Virus record (IMG/VR): IMGVR_UViG_3300042348_000540
Span: 1 to 48,151 of that record
Origin: a virus
Taxonomy: Duplodnaviria > Caudoviricetes
Reading direction: 5' to 3' (one strand)
DNA length: 48,151 nt
The translations under genes were made by a program, and so were the position numbers. Of this stretch, positions 26,521 through 37,200 are shown piece after piece. Positions within the stretch are counted from its first letter, which is position 1. Each line of letters starts with the position of its first letter. Below the pieces are notes generated by a model. That model saw nothing but the letters and a program-made list of their open reading frames with translations. It did no database searches and had not been told where the DNA came from.

Positions 26521-27192
26521 ATGAAACCTGAGACGATCAAGGCGATCATCGCCACACGCGAACAGGTCGGCAGCCTGGGCAAGTCTGCCATGAACCCGCA
26601 CGGGCGGTACAAGTACGTGTCCATCGACACCTACTATGAGAAGGTTGCCACGACCGCAGCCAAGAACGGCCTGTCTTGGATCGCCTCTGAGACTGCCTTC
26701 GAGGTGATGGCTGACGTGGGGAAGACTGGCGTCATCAAGGCCACCTACGACGTGGCGCTGATGCACGAGAAGGGCGACTACATTCCGAAGTTCAGCACCC
26801 TCACGATCATCCATCCGATCCAGGGCGCTCAGACCGTTGGCTCTGCCATGTCCTACTTGGACAAGGTGTTCATGCGTCAGTTGTTCTCCGTCGCCACTGG
26901 CGAGAAGGACAGCGATGCTGACGAGACCAACCCGGCTGATATCATCGGGATCGGCACGGACAGCCCCAAGAAGGATGCTGCCCCCGAGGTCAACACGGAG
27001 CAGGCCGAGAAGGTCTTTCTGGAGTTTGTCCCGATCTGTGCCAGCCTCGAAGACCTGAAGCTCTTCTGGTCCGAGAACTACAAGGCACGCAACCTCCTCA
27101 AGGAACACAACCCCGATGCGCTGAAGCGCGTCACCGCCGCTTTCACCAAGCGGAAGGAAGAACTCCAGAAGGAATCCAACGATGGAAACTAA
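26521..27192 (+). CDS. erf: ERF-family ssDNA annealing protein
   Basis: K...NPH..YKY.S.D, Q..GSAMSY..K......F...TGE.D.DA. Confidence 0.75.
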   Translation: MKPETIKAIIATREQVGSLGKSAMNPHGRYKYVSIDTYYEKVATTAAKNGLSWIASETAFEVMADVGKTGVIKATYDVALMHEKGDYIPKFSTLTIIHPIQGAQTVGSAMSYLDKVFMRQLFSVATGEKDSDADETNPADIIGIGTDSPKKDAAPEVNTEQAEKVFLEFVPICASLEDLKLFWSENYKARNLLKEHNPDALKRVTAAFTKRKEELQKESNDGN

Positions 27193-27457
27193 GAAGTATT
27201 ACGGCGGCGCGCTCTTCATCAACCGCAATAAGACCAACGAGAAGGCTCCTGACCTCAGCGGCGACGTTGAGATCAACATGGAGACGCTGAAGGTTCTGGT
27301 CGAACTGGCCAAGAAGAACGAGCCGCTGAAGCTGCGGATGGCTGCCTGGGTCAAGGAAGGCAAGAGCGGCAAGTTCTATTCGGTCCAGCTTTCCGAGAAC
27401 AAGCAGCCCGCCAAGCCCGCCCAGAAGAACGTCTTTGACGACGACATCCCCTTCTGA
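27182..27457 (+). CDS. Single-stranded DNA-binding-like protein
   Basis: GALF.N..K...KAPD..G...AAW.K......FYS and acidic tail DDDIPF; adjacent to ERF. Confidence 0.65.
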   Translation: METKKYYGGALFINRNKTNEKAPDLSGDVEINMETLKVLVELAKKNEPLKLRMAAWVKEGKSGKFYSVQLSENKQPAKPAQKNVFDDDIPF

Positions 27458-27465
27458 GGTAGGTC

Positions 27466-27930
27466 ATGCTCATCCGCCTGGACGAGTTAGAGATTGCGAT
27501 AGGCCAAACAATCGGCCTGAAGAGGCACGAGAACGGCCAGAACCGCAGGACGACTCGCGGGCTGGCGGCTGAGTATTCCCTGGACTTCCATACTCTCGGG
27601 GCCTTTGGAGAGCTTGCTGTTGCGAGAATCCTGAACGTCTATCCGGGGTTCATCCTCAACACATTCAAAGGCCCCGACATCGAACCCGACGTTCAGGTTC
27701 GCACCACCAGACACAAGAACGGCAGGCTCATCATGACCGATGATGACCCGCCCTTTCACAGATACGTCCTTGTGACTGGTGATGCGCCTGAACTGGAGAT
27801 CGTTGGCTGGATGTGGGGATACGATGGCCAGGAAAAGAAGTGGCTGACTGATCCGAAGAACAACAGACCGCCCGCCTACTTCGTCCCCAGGGATGCACTC
27901 AAGCCTATCGAGACGCTGAATGAGGGTTAA
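27466..27930 (+). CDS. Hypothetical protein, possible degenerate restriction-endonuclease fold
   Basis: G..GELAVA..L...PD....VQVRT pattern. Confidence 0.5.
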   Translation: MLIRLDELEIAIGQTIGLKRHENGQNRRTTRGLAAEYSLDFHTLGAFGELAVARILNVYPGFILNTFKGPDIEPDVQVRTTRHKNGRLIMTDDDPPFHRYVLVTGDAPELEIVGWMWGYDGQEKKWLTDPKNNRPPAYFVPRDALKPIETLNEG

Positions 27931-28177
27931 GAACACAAAGCATCTGACGTGGGTCAGGACGCAAGGCTGTCTGATTTGCGAAAGATGGGCACAGGCACAC
28001 CACCTAATGTTTGCCGAGCCTTCGGCTATGGGCAGAAAGAGTGGTGATGATTGGGCCGTTCCTTTGTGCGCCGACCATCACACAGAACTGCATGCTTATG
28101 GGGATGAGAAGACATGGTGGGACCTGAAGGGTGTGGACCCGGTGGAGTGGTGCAAGCGACACGGGTCAAAGCAATGA
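27920..28177 (+). CDS. DUF968-like Zn-binding HNH-type small protein
   Basis: HL.WVR...CLIC....QAHH.......MG.KSGD.WAVPLC..HH.ELH..G.E..WW. Confidence 0.7.
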   Translation: MRVKNTKHLTWVRTQGCLICERWAQAHHLMFAEPSAMGRKSGDDWAVPLCADHHTELHAYGDEKTWWDLKGVDPVEWCKRHGSKQ

Positions 28178-28347
28178 ACCCGCACTATGCGGGACAGATC
28201 ATGCGTGAAGTTGACGTTCTGCCCCGTGCTGATGGGCAGAATTGGAAGGTCGGGGACGAAGTTGGTCTGCATGGAGCGGTTTGGACCGAACGCGGCGACG
28301 CCAAGGTCTATGCAGTAATTACGGAGATTGTTGATGTTCGAGATTGA
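28174..28347 (+). CDS. Hypothetical protein
   Basis: MNPHYAG... ATGA-coupled. Confidence 0.45.
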   Translation: MNPHYAGQIMREVDVLPRADGQNWKVGDEVGLHGAVWTERGDAKVYAVITEIVDVRD

Positions 28348-28564
28348 GAAAGGCGTCCCTGTTCCGCGTAACTACATGGGCCGCAAGTCGAAGAAGCGTG
28401 AAGCCATGATCGCCACCATGAATGCCATGAATGTGGGTGACAGCTTCCGCGTTGAGTACAAGCTGCCGTCTATGCGTAACTTCATCCGCAACTGTGGGAT
28501 CGACGGCTCGTTCCGTGCGGCCCAGGAGAGCGACACGCACATCCGCGTCTGGCGGGTGGGCTAA
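28334..28564 (+). CDS. Small conserved phage protein, possibly DNA-binding
   Basis: FEIEKGVPVP...M.VGDSF...IRVWRV. Confidence 0.65.
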   Translation: MFEIEKGVPVPRNYMGRKSKKREAMIATMNAMNVGDSFRVEYKLPSMRNFIRNCGIDGSFRAAQESDTHIRVWRVG

Positions 28565-28568
28565 TGGG

Positions 28569-28586
28569 TGGGGGCGAAAGCCCCCA
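28569..28586 (+). other. GC hairpin with a GAAA tetraloop before the Tas-like gene
   Basis: TGGGGGC-GAAA-GCCCCCA with no U-tract. Confidence 0.55.
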
Positions 28587-28610
28587 TACCAAGAACCACG
28601 GAGAGAACAA

Positions 28611-29432
28611 ATGAGTGACATAGACCTGATGCCGGTCATCCGGCTGACCAAAGACCTGAAGAGCGCCGCCCGCACACTGTCGAGCGACGAGGCGCGCTTC
28701 CTTGTGGACGCCTATTACGCCATGCAGGAGGACCGCATTCGCGCCGCCCACCAGCATCGCAGTCTGACTGAATCCGGGGAGCCCGCCGATGTGATGACGT
28801 GGCTGATGGATCAGCGTGAGGTTCTTGAGAAGCAAGTGGCCCGTGCGCTGGATGCGTATAGCGGCTCCAATCAGGTTGGCTCCTGGGCGCGCTCCATCGT
28901 CGGCATTGGCCCCGTCATCTCGGCTGGTCTGCTGGCTCACATCGACATCACCAAGGCTCCGACCGTGGGCCACATCTGGCGCTATGCCGGTCTTGATCCG
29001 ACCCAGACCTGGGAGAAGGGGCAGAAGCGTCCTTGGAACGCTCGCCTCAAGACGCTGTGCTGGAAGATTGGCGAGAGCTTCGTGAAGGTGTCTGGAAACG
29101 AGAAGGACATCTACGGCAAGGTCTACAAGGAGCGGAAGGAGATCGAGGCCGCTCGCAACGAGAAGCTTGAGTTCTCGGAGCAGGCCATCGCCATCCTGGG
29201 CAAGAAGCGGTTTGGCGCTGATACCCAGGCCAAGAAGTTCTACGAGCAGCAGATGCTGCCCCCTGCCCACATTCATGCGCGAGCCAAGCGGTACGCGGTG
29301 AAGCTGTTCCTCTCGCACCTTCACCATGTCTGGTGGGAAGTGCAGACGGGCGAGAAGCCGCCCAAGCCGTATGTGCTGACCCACATGGGCCATGCCCACT
29401 ACATCGCGCCGCCTAACTGGCCGATGAGCTAA
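28611..29432 (+). CDS. tasA: TIGR-associated TasA-like protein (IS110 Tnp/Nop-like RNA-binding domain, no RuvC or HNH)
   Basis: 273 aa. Coiled-coil region, then SIVGIGPVISAGLLA.I.......GHIWRYAGLDP...WNARLK...Y...K...ARAKRYAVKLFL..L..VW (IS110/IS116 C-terminal and Nop-like pattern). No N-terminal DEDD domain. Immediately followed by the dual-repeat array. Confidence 0.8.
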   Translation: MSDIDLMPVIRLTKDLKSAARTLSSDEARFLVDAYYAMQEDRIRAAHQHRSLTESGEPADVMTWLMDQREVLEKQVARALDAYSGSNQVGSWARSIVGIGPVISAGLLAHIDITKAPTVGHIWRYAGLDPTQTWEKGQKRPWNARLKTLCWKIGESFVKVSGNEKDIYGKVYKERKEIEAARNEKLEFSEQAIAILGKKRFGADTQAKKFYEQQMLPPAHIHARAKRYAVKLFLSHLHHVWWEVQTGEKPPKPYVLTHMGHAHYIAPPNWPMS

Positions 29433-29444
29433 GTCAACTTTCAG

Positions 29445-30482
29445 GAGAGTACCAGAAACGGAAAGCGAACCAGACGAAAAAGAAAGTCCCAGGACGAGTG
29501 AGTGAGTCTAGGCGGCGCGAGAGTTCCACAAGCGACGAACGAACCAACATATGAGAGAGCGCCATCTCGCGTGAGTGAACCATCATGGCTGAGAGTTCCA
29601 CAGACGAAAAGTGAACCAAGGTACGAAAGAGTCTCAACCACTGCGAGTGAACCACTGAGCATGAGAGTGCCTAGTGTGGAGAGTGAACCATTGAAAGCGA
29701 GAGTGCCGCGTCGTCGGAGTGAACCACGCTACATAAGTGTGCCACCGTAGCAGAGTGAGCCAGTGCCTAAGATAGCTTCATGGTAATCGAGCGAGTCAAA
29801 CCGTAGGAGAGTTCCATATGGCCCGAACGAGACTTGGAATGCGACAGCGCCATAGCACGGATCGAACCATGACTTACGAGAGTTCCAGTTTTCGGGAGTG
29901 AATCAATTGACCAGAGAGCGCCAAAAGGAGGGAGTGAACCAACCATAGGGAGAGTTCCATCGTTCGAGAGTGAACCGCACTGACAGAGAGCGCCAACGTT
30001 CCTGAGTGAGACATGAGACCAGAGAGTTCCACGGTCTAAGATCGAACCACTACCAAGGTAGAGTTCCAGAAGACTGGAGTGATCCATTAGGCGTAAGAGT
30101 ACCATCCCGCCGGAGTGAACCATCGTCGTCAAGAGTTCCATCGTAAGTGAGTGAACCACTGGTTCGGAGAGTTCCATTACGAAGGAGTGAACCAAGTCTA
30201 GCGAGAGCGCCTAGGCCCCTGAGTGAACCATCCGGGTAGAGAGTTCCGCACCCTGAGAGTGAACCATCACAGTGGAGAGTTCCATAGACAATGAGTGAGC
30301 CATTGAGGCCGAGAGTTCCAGCGATCACGAGTGAACCATCGCAGACGAGAGTTCCATAATCGACAAGTGAACCACTGATGCAGAGAGCTCCAATTTGAGG
30401 AAGTGATCCAAGTGCCTTGAGAGTACCATCGGAGTTGAGAGAGGCATCACGTCCGAGAGCGCCATGAAAAGCGAACGAAAGG
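29445..30482 (+). repeat. Dual-repeat 36-nt guide-RNA array (TIGR-type), ~29 units
   Basis: Alternating GAGAGTTCCA-type (29 copies, 29445 to 30455) and GAGTGAACCA-type 10-mers separated by unique, mostly 8-nt spacers; period 36 nt. Confidence 0.9.
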
Positions 30483-30488
30483 TCTAGA

Positions 30489-30920
30489 ATGGCAGAACCC
30501 AAACAGCCTTGGCTGAAGTTCGAGGCGATCAAGACATCCATGCGGCAGGATGGAAAAGGGACATACATGACCCTGACCATCCACCCGGATGAAGTGCCGG
30601 TCGATCTTCTCGCCGCCCGGCCCGGCACGCGATACATGGTCGGAATGCTGCCCGTCGATGACCATGACCGGCCCGTCAAAGGCAAGGACATGGAAGACGG
30701 CGAGCGCGCCGTTCAGTCCGCAGGCATGCTCTGCCGCAACATCAAGTTCCAGAAGTGGATGATGGACAACGGCTATGCCTTCGGCACCTCAGAGCAGGAA
30801 TGCACCGAAGGGCTCAAAGCATTCTGTGAGGTGGAGAGTAGGGCAGAACTCAAAGATAACAGACAGGCCCGTGAACGCTTCAAGGAACTCAAGGAGAGGT
30901 TTGAGAATGAAAGCTTCTGA
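30489..30920 (+). CDS. Conserved phage hypothetical protein
   Basis: FEAIK....Q...G....L.IHPD..P..L.....G.RYMV, AGMLCR...FQ.W, ESRAEL..N. Confidence 0.65.
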   Translation: MAEPKQPWLKFEAIKTSMRQDGKGTYMTLTIHPDEVPVDLLAARPGTRYMVGMLPVDDHDRPVKGKDMEDGERAVQSAGMLCRNIKFQKWMMDNGYAFGTSEQECTEGLKAFCEVESRAELKDNRQARERFKELKERFENESF

Positions 30921-31212
30921 TATGCTGCTTCACGCAGCCGAACTCGTTGGCGGTCAGCGCGCCGAGGACTACGGCGACAAGACGGAGAACCACAAGAGAA
31001 TTGCTGCCCTCTGGACCTACTGGATGGTGGAGAGCCGCAAGAACCCCAACTACGACAGTCCCGAGATCAACGCCTACGACGCGGCCATGATGATGCTGCT
31101 GGTGAAGGTAGCCCGGCTGATGCACTCGCCGGGCCACCAAGACAGCCACGTTGATATCGCTGGCTATGCCTCCATTATGGAGGAGATCGCCAACAAGGAG
31201 CCTACTTCCTAG
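30907..31212 (+). CDS. DUF6378-like phage protein
   Basis: R..DYGD...N..RIA.LW...DAAMMM.L.KVAR.......DS.VDIAGYA. Confidence 0.7.
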   Translation: MKASDMLLHAAELVGGQRAEDYGDKTENHKRIAALWTYWMVESRKNPNYDSPEINAYDAAMMMLLVKVARLMHSPGHQDSHVDIAGYASIMEEIANKEPTS

Positions 31213-34200
31213 TAGGCTCCGATATCCCTTGCCCTCTCAACAACGCGCCTTGCCACACGATCACGCTGCTCCCTCAGAGGACGAAGGGCTTCAGTCTTCT
31301 CCACAGAGGTTAGGTCGCTGCGTTCAATCCTGGCAATGCGCTTGTTGATTTCAGTGATCTGCGTCGAGGCTTGATTGACCATCGGCCTCAGACGCAGAGG
31401 CAGGCCCGCATCACCACGGAGTTCTGCCAACCGATCAAGATCGCGTGTCTCCATAGCCATGTTCTGAGACCGCACAAGCTGATCGGTCATCTCCTTGATC
31501 TTGTAGAAGTCGCCAATGAAGCGGGTCGCGCTCTGGTCGTCGCTCCGATAGAAGCGGCTCACGCCAGTCAGACCAGCCGCGATGGCGGGCATGCTCATCG
31601 GATCACCAAAGGCGCCAGCAGGCTTGCCGGGGATCATCCCGAAGGAAGCAAGGATGCTGTCGAAGCCAGCCAAAACAGACGAGCCAATCGTGCCCGAGTA
31701 TCCCTCCAGCACATACTGAACCCGGATCGGGCTGACGCCGAACGTCTCACCAATAGCCTTGGCAACGGCGCTCGTGCTGCGGTTGACGCGCTCTTGCGGG
31801 AGCTTGCTCGCATCACCAGCCGTCTCAAGCGAGCGACTACGGAAGAAGTCGTAGTTCGTGAAGGCACCCAGCATAGGCACAGCAGCTTGGGGGATCGGAT
31901 TGAAGAAGAAGGTCGAGGTGCCGAGATCGGCCAGCGCCTTGCTCAAGTCCCTGCTGTCATTGCGACGGATGGCGTCGAGGATAAAGACGGGCAGCGCACC
32001 AAAGACGGAGCCCACCTCGAACGCTCGGGGCAGGAGAATCCTGTTGTCGTTTGGCAGATAGATGATGTCGTATCGGAACTTGAGATCAGGGTTCTCGTTG
32101 TCCCAACGCTCGGGCTCATCCCCTATGTTCTTGGCAAAAAGTGCCAGCGACAGGCCCATGACCACAAGGCCACGCAGCAGCATCTGCTTGGGAAGACCAA
32201 GCGTCCAAATCTTCTGCGTGTCGCCCTTCTCGTTTTCGATGAGGCGATACATGCCCTGAATCTTGGCGTTCAAGAACGGCACAAGAGGCACGAGCCAGTT
32301 GACGGTAGAGCCGATCCAGCCGCCGCCCATGCCCCTGCGAGAGAACGGGGCAAGGAGATAAGCCTGGAATGCAGCGTCCTTGTCGCTCATCCCCTGGGCT
32401 TTCATGCGCTCATAAATCTTGATGCGCTCGGCCATTTCCGTGGCCTCACTCGCCTTCTGAAGCGCATCGAAGGTACGACGCATCAGACCGCCAGGGCCGT
32501 AGCCAAGCCCGGCAATCTCACGCTCGAAGGCGGCAGCAGCATCACGCTCGCCCATGCCGTAGGTGTAGCCGCCGAAGCCAGTCTGTGCGGCGATAGCCTT
32601 GTAGGATGCGCTAGACTGAAGGGCCTGCTTCAGACCATCGAACGTATTTGCATAGAGGGGAGTTCCCTCCTGCACATACGCCATGATTTTACCACGCCAC
32701 AGGTTCGCCAGCATGAAGCTCGGCGCCAGCGTCACCATGTCGCGGAAGAAGCCCGCCATCGTCGCCATCGTCTGATAGATGCCGTTCGTGAACTCACGCG
32801 GCGCACCAGCAAGAGCGATGTAGAAGGCAGGGTCATCAACCTCGAAGTGCTTATCCTGCCCATTAACACGGTAGGTGATCGTCTTGCCCGTCTCGCGCGT
32901 CTTCACGGGGCGACCAAGGCCAACATCCTGCAATGCCTCAGCCGCCTTGCTCATGGCGACGTTCTTCATGCCAGCCTTCATGATCACGTCGGCATTGCGG
33001 ATCATGTTCTCGAACAGATCGCCAAGCGGATTCTCACCGCCCTTCACGCTGACATCGAAGGCGCTCTTAACGCGAGTGAGGCTCTGAGACAGACGAGGCC
33101 CAACCACCGCGTCTGAATCGTCCTTCACATCTTCGTCGGCCTGCCGGTAGAACGGCGTGTAGAACATGCTGCCAAGCTGATCAGCCTTGGCACGATCAAG
33201 AGTTCCAGTGGCTACGGCAAAGTCGAGCAGCGCCTTGTTGATGCGCTGAATGTCAGCAGCCATCTGCTTCCACTCAGGATGCGCCGCCTCAGCCTTGGAG
33301 ATGATGGAGTTCATCTCCTTGTCCGTCAGGTTGAAGAAGCCCTTCTTCCCTGCCTTACGAAGATCACGCTCACGAAGAGCGACGAGATAGGCTTGCGCCT
33401 CCCTCTTGTCTGCAACGTTGAGCTTACCCTTGATGGCGTCGATGAGGCCCGGCACGTCATCGCGCACAGTCACGTCGCCAGTCTTCGGATCGTAGGCCAG
33501 TGGGCCGTGGTTCAGGTACATCTGAACGCGACCGCTGTTGTTGAGCGCGATCTCCATAGCCTGACCGACATTCCTGACGGTCATGCCCTTTTGCTTAGAC
33601 AGGGTGTCAATCATCCACCCTGCACCAGCGCGATTGACGGAGGTCCGCACGAGGGCAGAAGAAAGCTTCTCGCCCGGCAGGGCTCCAACAAACCTACGAA
33701 GCCCGTCAGCAAAGACGTTGGGCTTGTCCATCTCCTTGCCAGTCAGCTTGTCTCGCATGACAGCAAAGGCAGGATCAGCCGCAAGGGGAGAGCGCGCCGA
33801 GAACTCAGGCTCGGTTGCTGCCCCAGTCTCGAACTTGTTGAAGATCGACTTGATCTGCCGTGGGTCATAGACAGCGATGTTCTCGGTGCCCAGTTCCCTC
33901 ACATAGAAGCTGTCGAAGTCGTTGTCGCGGATGTACTTCTGGGCAGCCTTGGTCTCCAAAGCTGGCCAGTTATCCGTGTCCTTCTCAAGGAAAAGCTTGA
34001 ACATCCTGAATGCACGACCAGCGGCCTTGTACTCAGTGAGTTCGCCCCGGTCGATTTGATCCTGATAGCTGGCGCGAGTCCTGTTCCCAACGATATCACG
34101 CCAGTCAATCGTGCCATCGTCCAGGCCGGTATCAACGTAGTCCAGCAAATCCTGACGAAGACGGGGGTCTGTCGCGTTGAAGGTATTCTGAACAGACAGA

Positions 34201-37200
34201 TACACGGGCAGCATGCGCTGACCATCTGTGGCGCGCCGATTGTCGCCGCCAGCAAACATCTCTGAGATGGCATAGTCGCCAGCAAAGTCGGGATCAGGCG
34301 AGAAGAAGAACGGGCCTTCATTGAGACCATAGGCGCCGCTGCGAGCTTCACCAAACCTAGTGAAGCCTCTCTGAGTGCCGTGATAGAAGTTCACAGGCGA
34401 GCCGTCAGGATTTGCGGCGGTGCTAGGCCCAACCCGAACACCCTCCCCGCGCCACCCGCCATTCCACCAGTTCTTGAACTCAGGAACGGACGTGTTGGTC
34501 GCGCGAGCGGAAGCCTCGAACTGCTCTTCGGTCATCCCGCCTTCAGAGCGGGCGGAAAGCTCAGGCCCAGACGTGGCGATGTCACGAGCAGTGGGGGAAG
34601 CCATCGCATCAAAGCGACGAGCATCGCCACGAGACACGCGGCCCAGCACTTCCTCAACCGTCTGGAATCCATCGCCACGAAGCTGGCTGCCAAACTTCGA
34701 GAAGAAGTTCTTGATGACATTAACGAAGCGAGCAAAGGCAGGCTTCAGCCCAGACATGGGAGCGCCGCGACGGGCCGCGTCGGCAAGGGCGCCGAAGGCG
34801 TAAGCCTGTGCCTCCCTGGCAGTCAGGGTGCCGGGGACAGTGGCCGTCAGATAATCCCAATAGCTCCTCTGCCTGCCCTTGTCGTCGCGCGCCCCAGGAT
34901 AAGCGATCTGTTGCAGCTTGCGACGGATCGTCGGCTCAAGGTCCGAGATGGACATGCCATCGCGGAAGCCTTGGTCCATCAGCTTTTTGAACTGGGCGTC
35001 GAACTTGCCGTAGTAGTCCTGAAGGACGTGGAAGGCTTCGTGTGCCACCGTCTCGCCAAGCATCGGCAACATCTCTGGAGCCAGAGATATCCTGATGAGA
35101 CCCGGCAAACCTTCGGGGGAAGGACGCTGACGAAGACCCTGCAACGGCTTGGTGGGATCACCACCGCTGCGGCGGATCGCCTCAGCAAGTTCGGCTGTGG
35201 GCAGAATCTCCTTCACGAACTCGATGCGATGGTTCGCACCGGCAGGAAGGAGAGAAGCAAACTTATCCGCCGAGACAAACGCCGTGTACACTTCACCCGC
35301 CGACATGGTGCGGTCCTTCAGGGCCTGCACCAGCGCGTTACGAAGCAGACGGCCCTGGGCACCCATGCCCTTGAGCTTGTCTAGGTAGAGCTTGTTGATC
35401 CTGTTCTGGGCTTCGATGCGCTTGGTCGCGCGAGAATCAGCCTCGCTGACCTCAGCTTCAGGAGCGGCCTGAGCCTCCCCTGTCACACGGGCAGAAGCCT
35501 CCGGACCCTGGCGGTTCGCCATACGGCGGGGCTGAAGGTCCTGCCCCAGAGGATCAACCCCACGACCACGACGACCGGCAACCTGTTCCGGGCCAACCGC
35601 AGCAGCGGTGGCTTCCTGCGTCATGCGTGCGGTATCGCGCACAGGCATCTGAACAAGCTCGTCCATCGTCGTCTCGACGGGGACTTGCTCGGTGATGTTG
35701 CCTCTCTGGCGCTCAACAATCGCCAGGACATTCCCGAAGTTATCGGACGGCAGAATATCGAGAACCTGTTCACCGCCCTCAAGCTCACCACGCTCGTTAT
35801 AGACGGGGTTCAGGAGGTAACGCTGGCCGGTGATCTGTGGAGCGCCAGCGCGAGTGTCGTCCGTCTGCTGAGGGATTGTGTCGGGAACGCCAGAGCCGGA
35901 AGGAATCTCAATGCCGGGAGCCTGCCTCTGCCGCGCAAGTCTTTCACGGTCAGCCTGGGCGATATCAAACGCACCCTGGGCATCAGCCTGGAGGTTTTCC
36001 CGTGCCGTTACCTGACGCTCGACCTCGGGGATGCGGGCCTCAATGTCACGACGAATCTGCTCACGCCCGGCGATAAGCTGGGTAAGCTGGTCGATCTCAG
36101 CCTGAACGCCCTCACGGGCAACGGCATTAACAACAGGCGCACGCTCGATCTGACGAAGGCGAACCTGAGCCTTATCGCGAGCCTTCGTAAGCTCTCGAAT
36201 CTCGCGCTCTTCCTTTTGAAGATCGCGCCGAAGAACATTGACGCTGGGAACAGAGCCAAGCTTCTGCTGACGCTCTACATCAGAGAATGCTTGTTCAGCC
36301 TCAGCGCGACGACCACCGGCATACGGAGTCTCCCTCTCAAGGGGAACGCGGCCAGTGACTTCTTCGGCACGGCGCCCGGTCTGCCTCTGAATGTCAGCGG
36401 CGCGAAATGCCTCTTCTGCCTCAGCACGACGCCCGGCAGCGTATGGAGTTTCCCTCTCAAGGGGGACGCGACTAATGACATCTTCCGCACGGCGACCAGC
36501 CTGTCTCTGAATCTCAGCAAGACGAAAGGCTTCTTCTGTCTCAGGGCTGGTAGCAATCTCCCTGCGGTAGCGGCCCTCTTCCACACCCTGCCGACCAGCA
36601 GCGCGACCTTCCTGCTCCTGGGCGAGAAGCGTCTGACCTACACGAATCTTCTCCTGAACATCGTCCAGGGTGGCAAGCTCAGGGAACCGACGCTCAAAGT
36701 AGCGGATGGCCTGAGACACAGTGAGGTTGCCGACCGGCGTATCAACGACGGGACGCTCACGAGGCAGAAGATTCTGCCCCTCAGTCATAGGCTCGCGGTT
36801 AGCGACGTACTCGTTGATCGCCTGCTGAAGTTCCGGCGTCAGGTTGCCAGCGCCCGGCTCCGTCGAGGGAGGCAGAGGCGCACGCTGAAGAGCGCCAGCA
36901 CCAGCGCCCATGACGCCGCCAAGCACAGCGCCAGTAGCAGCAGCACCACCGACACCACGAAGAAGATCACGCTCTGCATCAGCCTGCCTCTGGACAGCAA
37001 GGTTCTGAGCGAACTGACCGCCGCCCTCCTCGACACCTTCAGAGACAGCCTCAGCGCCGCCGACGCCAAGCGCACGACGCACGGCACTCTGAGAGACGCC
37101 ACGAGTGAAGAGCGCCTTCTCGGCACTCGGTAGTGCAGTCATGGCGGCAACGGAGATACCACCACCCAAGGCAGCAGCTTCACGGGCGGCACGATTGGCA

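Noticed and set aside
28611-29432. Active IS110 insertion sequence
   Set aside because: No DEDD/RuvC domain or catalytic Ser motif, no element ends seen, and the gene sits in a phage operon ahead of a guide-like array
29445-30482. CRISPR array
   Set aside because: Repeats are 10 nt and of two alternating kinds, spacers are only ~8 nt, the repeats are not palindromic, and there are no cas genes
29434-30691. ORFs with 12-aa periodicity across the array (29434-29655, 29441-29662, 29502-29750, 29767-30195, 30050-30691)
   Set aside because: By-products of a 36-nt period. They occur in several frames and on both strands, are broken by 1-nt spacer slips, and conservation is at the nucleotide-motif level.
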